Positions 62,037 through 64,000 of a stretch of 64,000 nucleotides of DNA are shown here, piece by piece. Position 1 is the first letter of the stretch. Each line of letters starts with the position of its first letter. The stretch is from an uncultured Chloroflexia bacterium. Lineage in GTDB: Bacteria > Chloroflexota > Anaerolineae > CG2-30-64-16. The position numbers were made by a program, and so were the translations under genes. The DNA lies in the NCBI GenBank assembly GCA_963810095.1, contig CAWEMM010000009.1:544001-608000 (forward strand), read 5' to 3'. Below the pieces are notes generated by a model that did not search any database, was not told where the DNA came from, and saw only the letters and a program-made list of their open reading frames with translations.

Positions 62037-63051
62037 TCACATCGTCCTCCCGAGCGCAGGCGCAAGCTGCCTGAGCTCGCGGATCAGGGCCGCGTACTTC
62101 TCGGGCTTGAGCGACTGGGCACCGTCGGACATGGCCTGCGCAGGATTGGGGTGCACCTCGATCATTAGCCCGTCCGCGCCCGCCGCAATGCACGCCTTCG
62201 CGGTCGGGCCAATCAGTTCCCACTTCCCCGTGCCGTGGCTGGGGTCGCCGAAGATCGGGAGATGCGTCCACTGTTTCATCAGCGCGATTGCATTAATGTC
62301 GAGCGTGTTGCGCGTCGCCGTCTCGAAGGTGCGGATGCCGCGTTCGCACACCATCACCTGCCGGTTGCCGCCGCTCAGCACGTACTCGGCCGCCATCAGC
62401 GTCTCCTGGATCGTGCCCATCATGCTGCGCTTGAGGAAGACCGGCGTGCGCGTCTTCCCCACCGTCGTCAGCAGGGGGAAGTTCTGCATGTTGCGCGCCC
62501 CAATCTGAAACACGTCGGTGTACTTGCCGACGAGCGGCACGGCCTCAGACGACATCACCTCGGTAATGATGGGCAGTCCGCTCTCCTCGCGTGCCTCGGC
62601 CAGCATCTCCAGCCCATCCTCGCCCAGGCCCTGGAACGAGTAGGGCGAGGAACGCGGCTTGAACGCACCCCCGCGCAGCATGTCGGCCCCCGCTTCCCGC
62701 ACGGCGCAGGCGGTCTCGATCAGCATCGACCGACTCTCGACGGAGCACGGGCCGGCGATCATGGTGAGCTTCGGACCACCCACCTCCACGCCCCGCACGT
62801 CGATAACCGTGTTCTCCGGATGGAAGTCCCGGCTGGCGAGTTTGAACGGCTGGAGGATGCGGACGACCTGCTCGACGCCCGCCAGCATCTCGAAGTTGTG
62901 CGACTGGATCGGCCGGTCGTCGCCCACGACCCCAATGATGGTGCGCTCGGTGCCCTGCGAGAGGTGGGCCTTATAGCCCATCGTCTCGACTTGCTTGACG
63001 ACCGTGTCGATATCGGCCGCCGATCGCGGTCCGCTTCATGACGATGATCAT
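62037..63051 (-). CDS. aroF: DAHP synthase type I-beta with N-terminal regulatory domain (frameshift near 63025)
   Basis: MIIVMK start; [55 protein letters not shown]. Confidence 0.96.
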
Positions 63052-63073
63052 GTGTGCCTCCCGATGACCTTAG

Positions 63074-63142
63074 TAACACAAAGGCACAAAGACACAAAGG
63101 CACGAGCTGTTTTGGTCTTCGTGTCTTGGTGTCTTTGTGTTA
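63074..63142. repeat. Family B palindromic repeat (clearest copy)
   Basis: TAACACAAAGGCACAAAGACACAAAGG...CTTCGTGTCTTGGTGTCTTTGTGTTA with 8-bp internal periodicity. Confidence 0.75.
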
Positions 63143-63149
63143 TCTCTAC

Positions 63150-64000
63150 TCACCGCGCCGCCGGGTAACTTCCGAGCAGCTTCAGAAACGCCGTGCGCGT
63201 GAGCAGGCCGAGCAGCGCCCGGTTAATCGTGGCATCCTGCCAGTGCCCTTCGAGGTCCACGTAGAAGACGTAGTGCCACGGCCGGTTGCGGCGGGGGCGG
63301 CTCTCGATCTTCGTCAGGTTGATGCTGCGGGTGGCCAACTCGCCCAGGACGTGGTACAGCGCGCCGGGCGTGTGCATGGTGGCGAACACGATCGAGGTTT
63401 TGTTGTGCTTGCCGGGCGGCGGCTCTTCCCTGCCGAGCAAGAAGAAGCGGGTCGTGTTGTCGTGCGAGTCTTCGATACCCGCATCCAGCACTTCGAGGCC
63501 GTACGTCTCGGCTGCCAGGGAACTGGCAATGGCAGCCACGCCCGGCTCGGGCTTTGCGGCCAGGTCGCGCGCCGCGCCGGCGGTGTCGTACGCCACTACA
63601 GCTTCCCAGCCGCGTGTACGCAGATACCGCTCGCATTGGGCCAGCGCCTGGTAATGCGAGTAGACCCGCTTGATGTCGCCCGGCTTCGTGCCCGGCGCAG
63701 CCAGCAAGCAGTGGCGCACGCGCAGCTTCACCTCTCCCACCACCCGCAGGTCATGATCGAGCAGCAGGTCGAAAGCCTGGTTGATCGACCCCGCCTGCGA
63801 GTTCTCGACCGGCAGCAGCCCGAGGGTCGCCCGGCCTTCCTCGACGGCCCGGAACACCGCCTCGAAGTCAGGGCACGCGACCGTGTTAACCTGCGTGCCA
63901 AAGTGCTGGAAGATGGCCTCTTGTGAATACGCGCCGGGCTCACCCTGGAAGGCGACGGTGTGGAGCACCTCGGTGTGGTGCTTCCCGTTCGCCTTGGGCG
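63150..64000 (-). CDS. pheA: Prephenate dehydratase (frame open to the window edge; may be fused to an upstream domain)
   Basis: [50 protein letters not shown]. Confidence 0.95.
   Translation of the reverse strand, partial: PKANGKHHTEVLHTVAFQGEPGAYSQEAIFQHFGTQVNTVACPDFEAVFRAVEEGRATLGLLPVENSQAGSINQAFDLLLDHDLRVVGEVKLRVRHCLLAAPGTKPGDIKRVYSHYQALAQCERYLRTRGWEAVVAYDTAGAARDLAAKPEPGVAAIASSLAAETYGLEVLDAGIEDSHDNTTRFFLLGREEPPPGKHNKTSIVFATMHTPGALYHVLGELATRSINLTKIESRPRRNRPWHYVFYVDLEGHWQDATINRALLGLLTRTAFLKLLGSYPAAR

Noticed and set aside
48186-63051. Programmed frameshifting or true pseudogenes in gltB and the aro genes
   Set aside because: No consistent slippery sites; the shifts are scattered through otherwise intact genes, and assembly error is more parsimonious.

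Overview
GC-rich bacterial chromosome segment. Gene content and intergenic repeat style suggest Chloroflexota (Anaerolineae/Caldilineae-like); this is an inference. Many conserved genes (gltB, aroA, aroE, aroF, aroKB, ABC ATPase, acyl-CoA synthetase) are split by single frame changes, which suggests an unpolished long-read assembly, so split ORFs are merged here. The housekeeping flanks are rplS(3')-rnhB-yraN-miaA and mscL on the left, and a sugar ABC transporter, deoC, tartrate dehydrogenase, gltB and a large shikimate/aromatic amino acid cluster on the right. The accessory region (about 3.9-28.5 kb) holds four items of interest. (1) Three tandem, signal-less clan CD cysteine proteases: TPR-CHAT, caspase/metacaspase and clostripain. 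(2) Duplicated Cys-rich secreted proteins and a GEVED protein. (3) An operon of three divergent paralogs of an unnamed family. (4) A divergent locus with back-to-back sigma70 promoters and inverted candidate operators, driving an SPFH gene one way and GntR/UTRA, triple-GAF histidine kinase, response regulator, helical protein, ADP-dependent kinase-like protein and 2H phosphoesterase the other way. Several families of dispersed palindromic repeats occur, one of them in frame inside aroA. No tRNA, rRNA, CRISPR array or transposase was seen.
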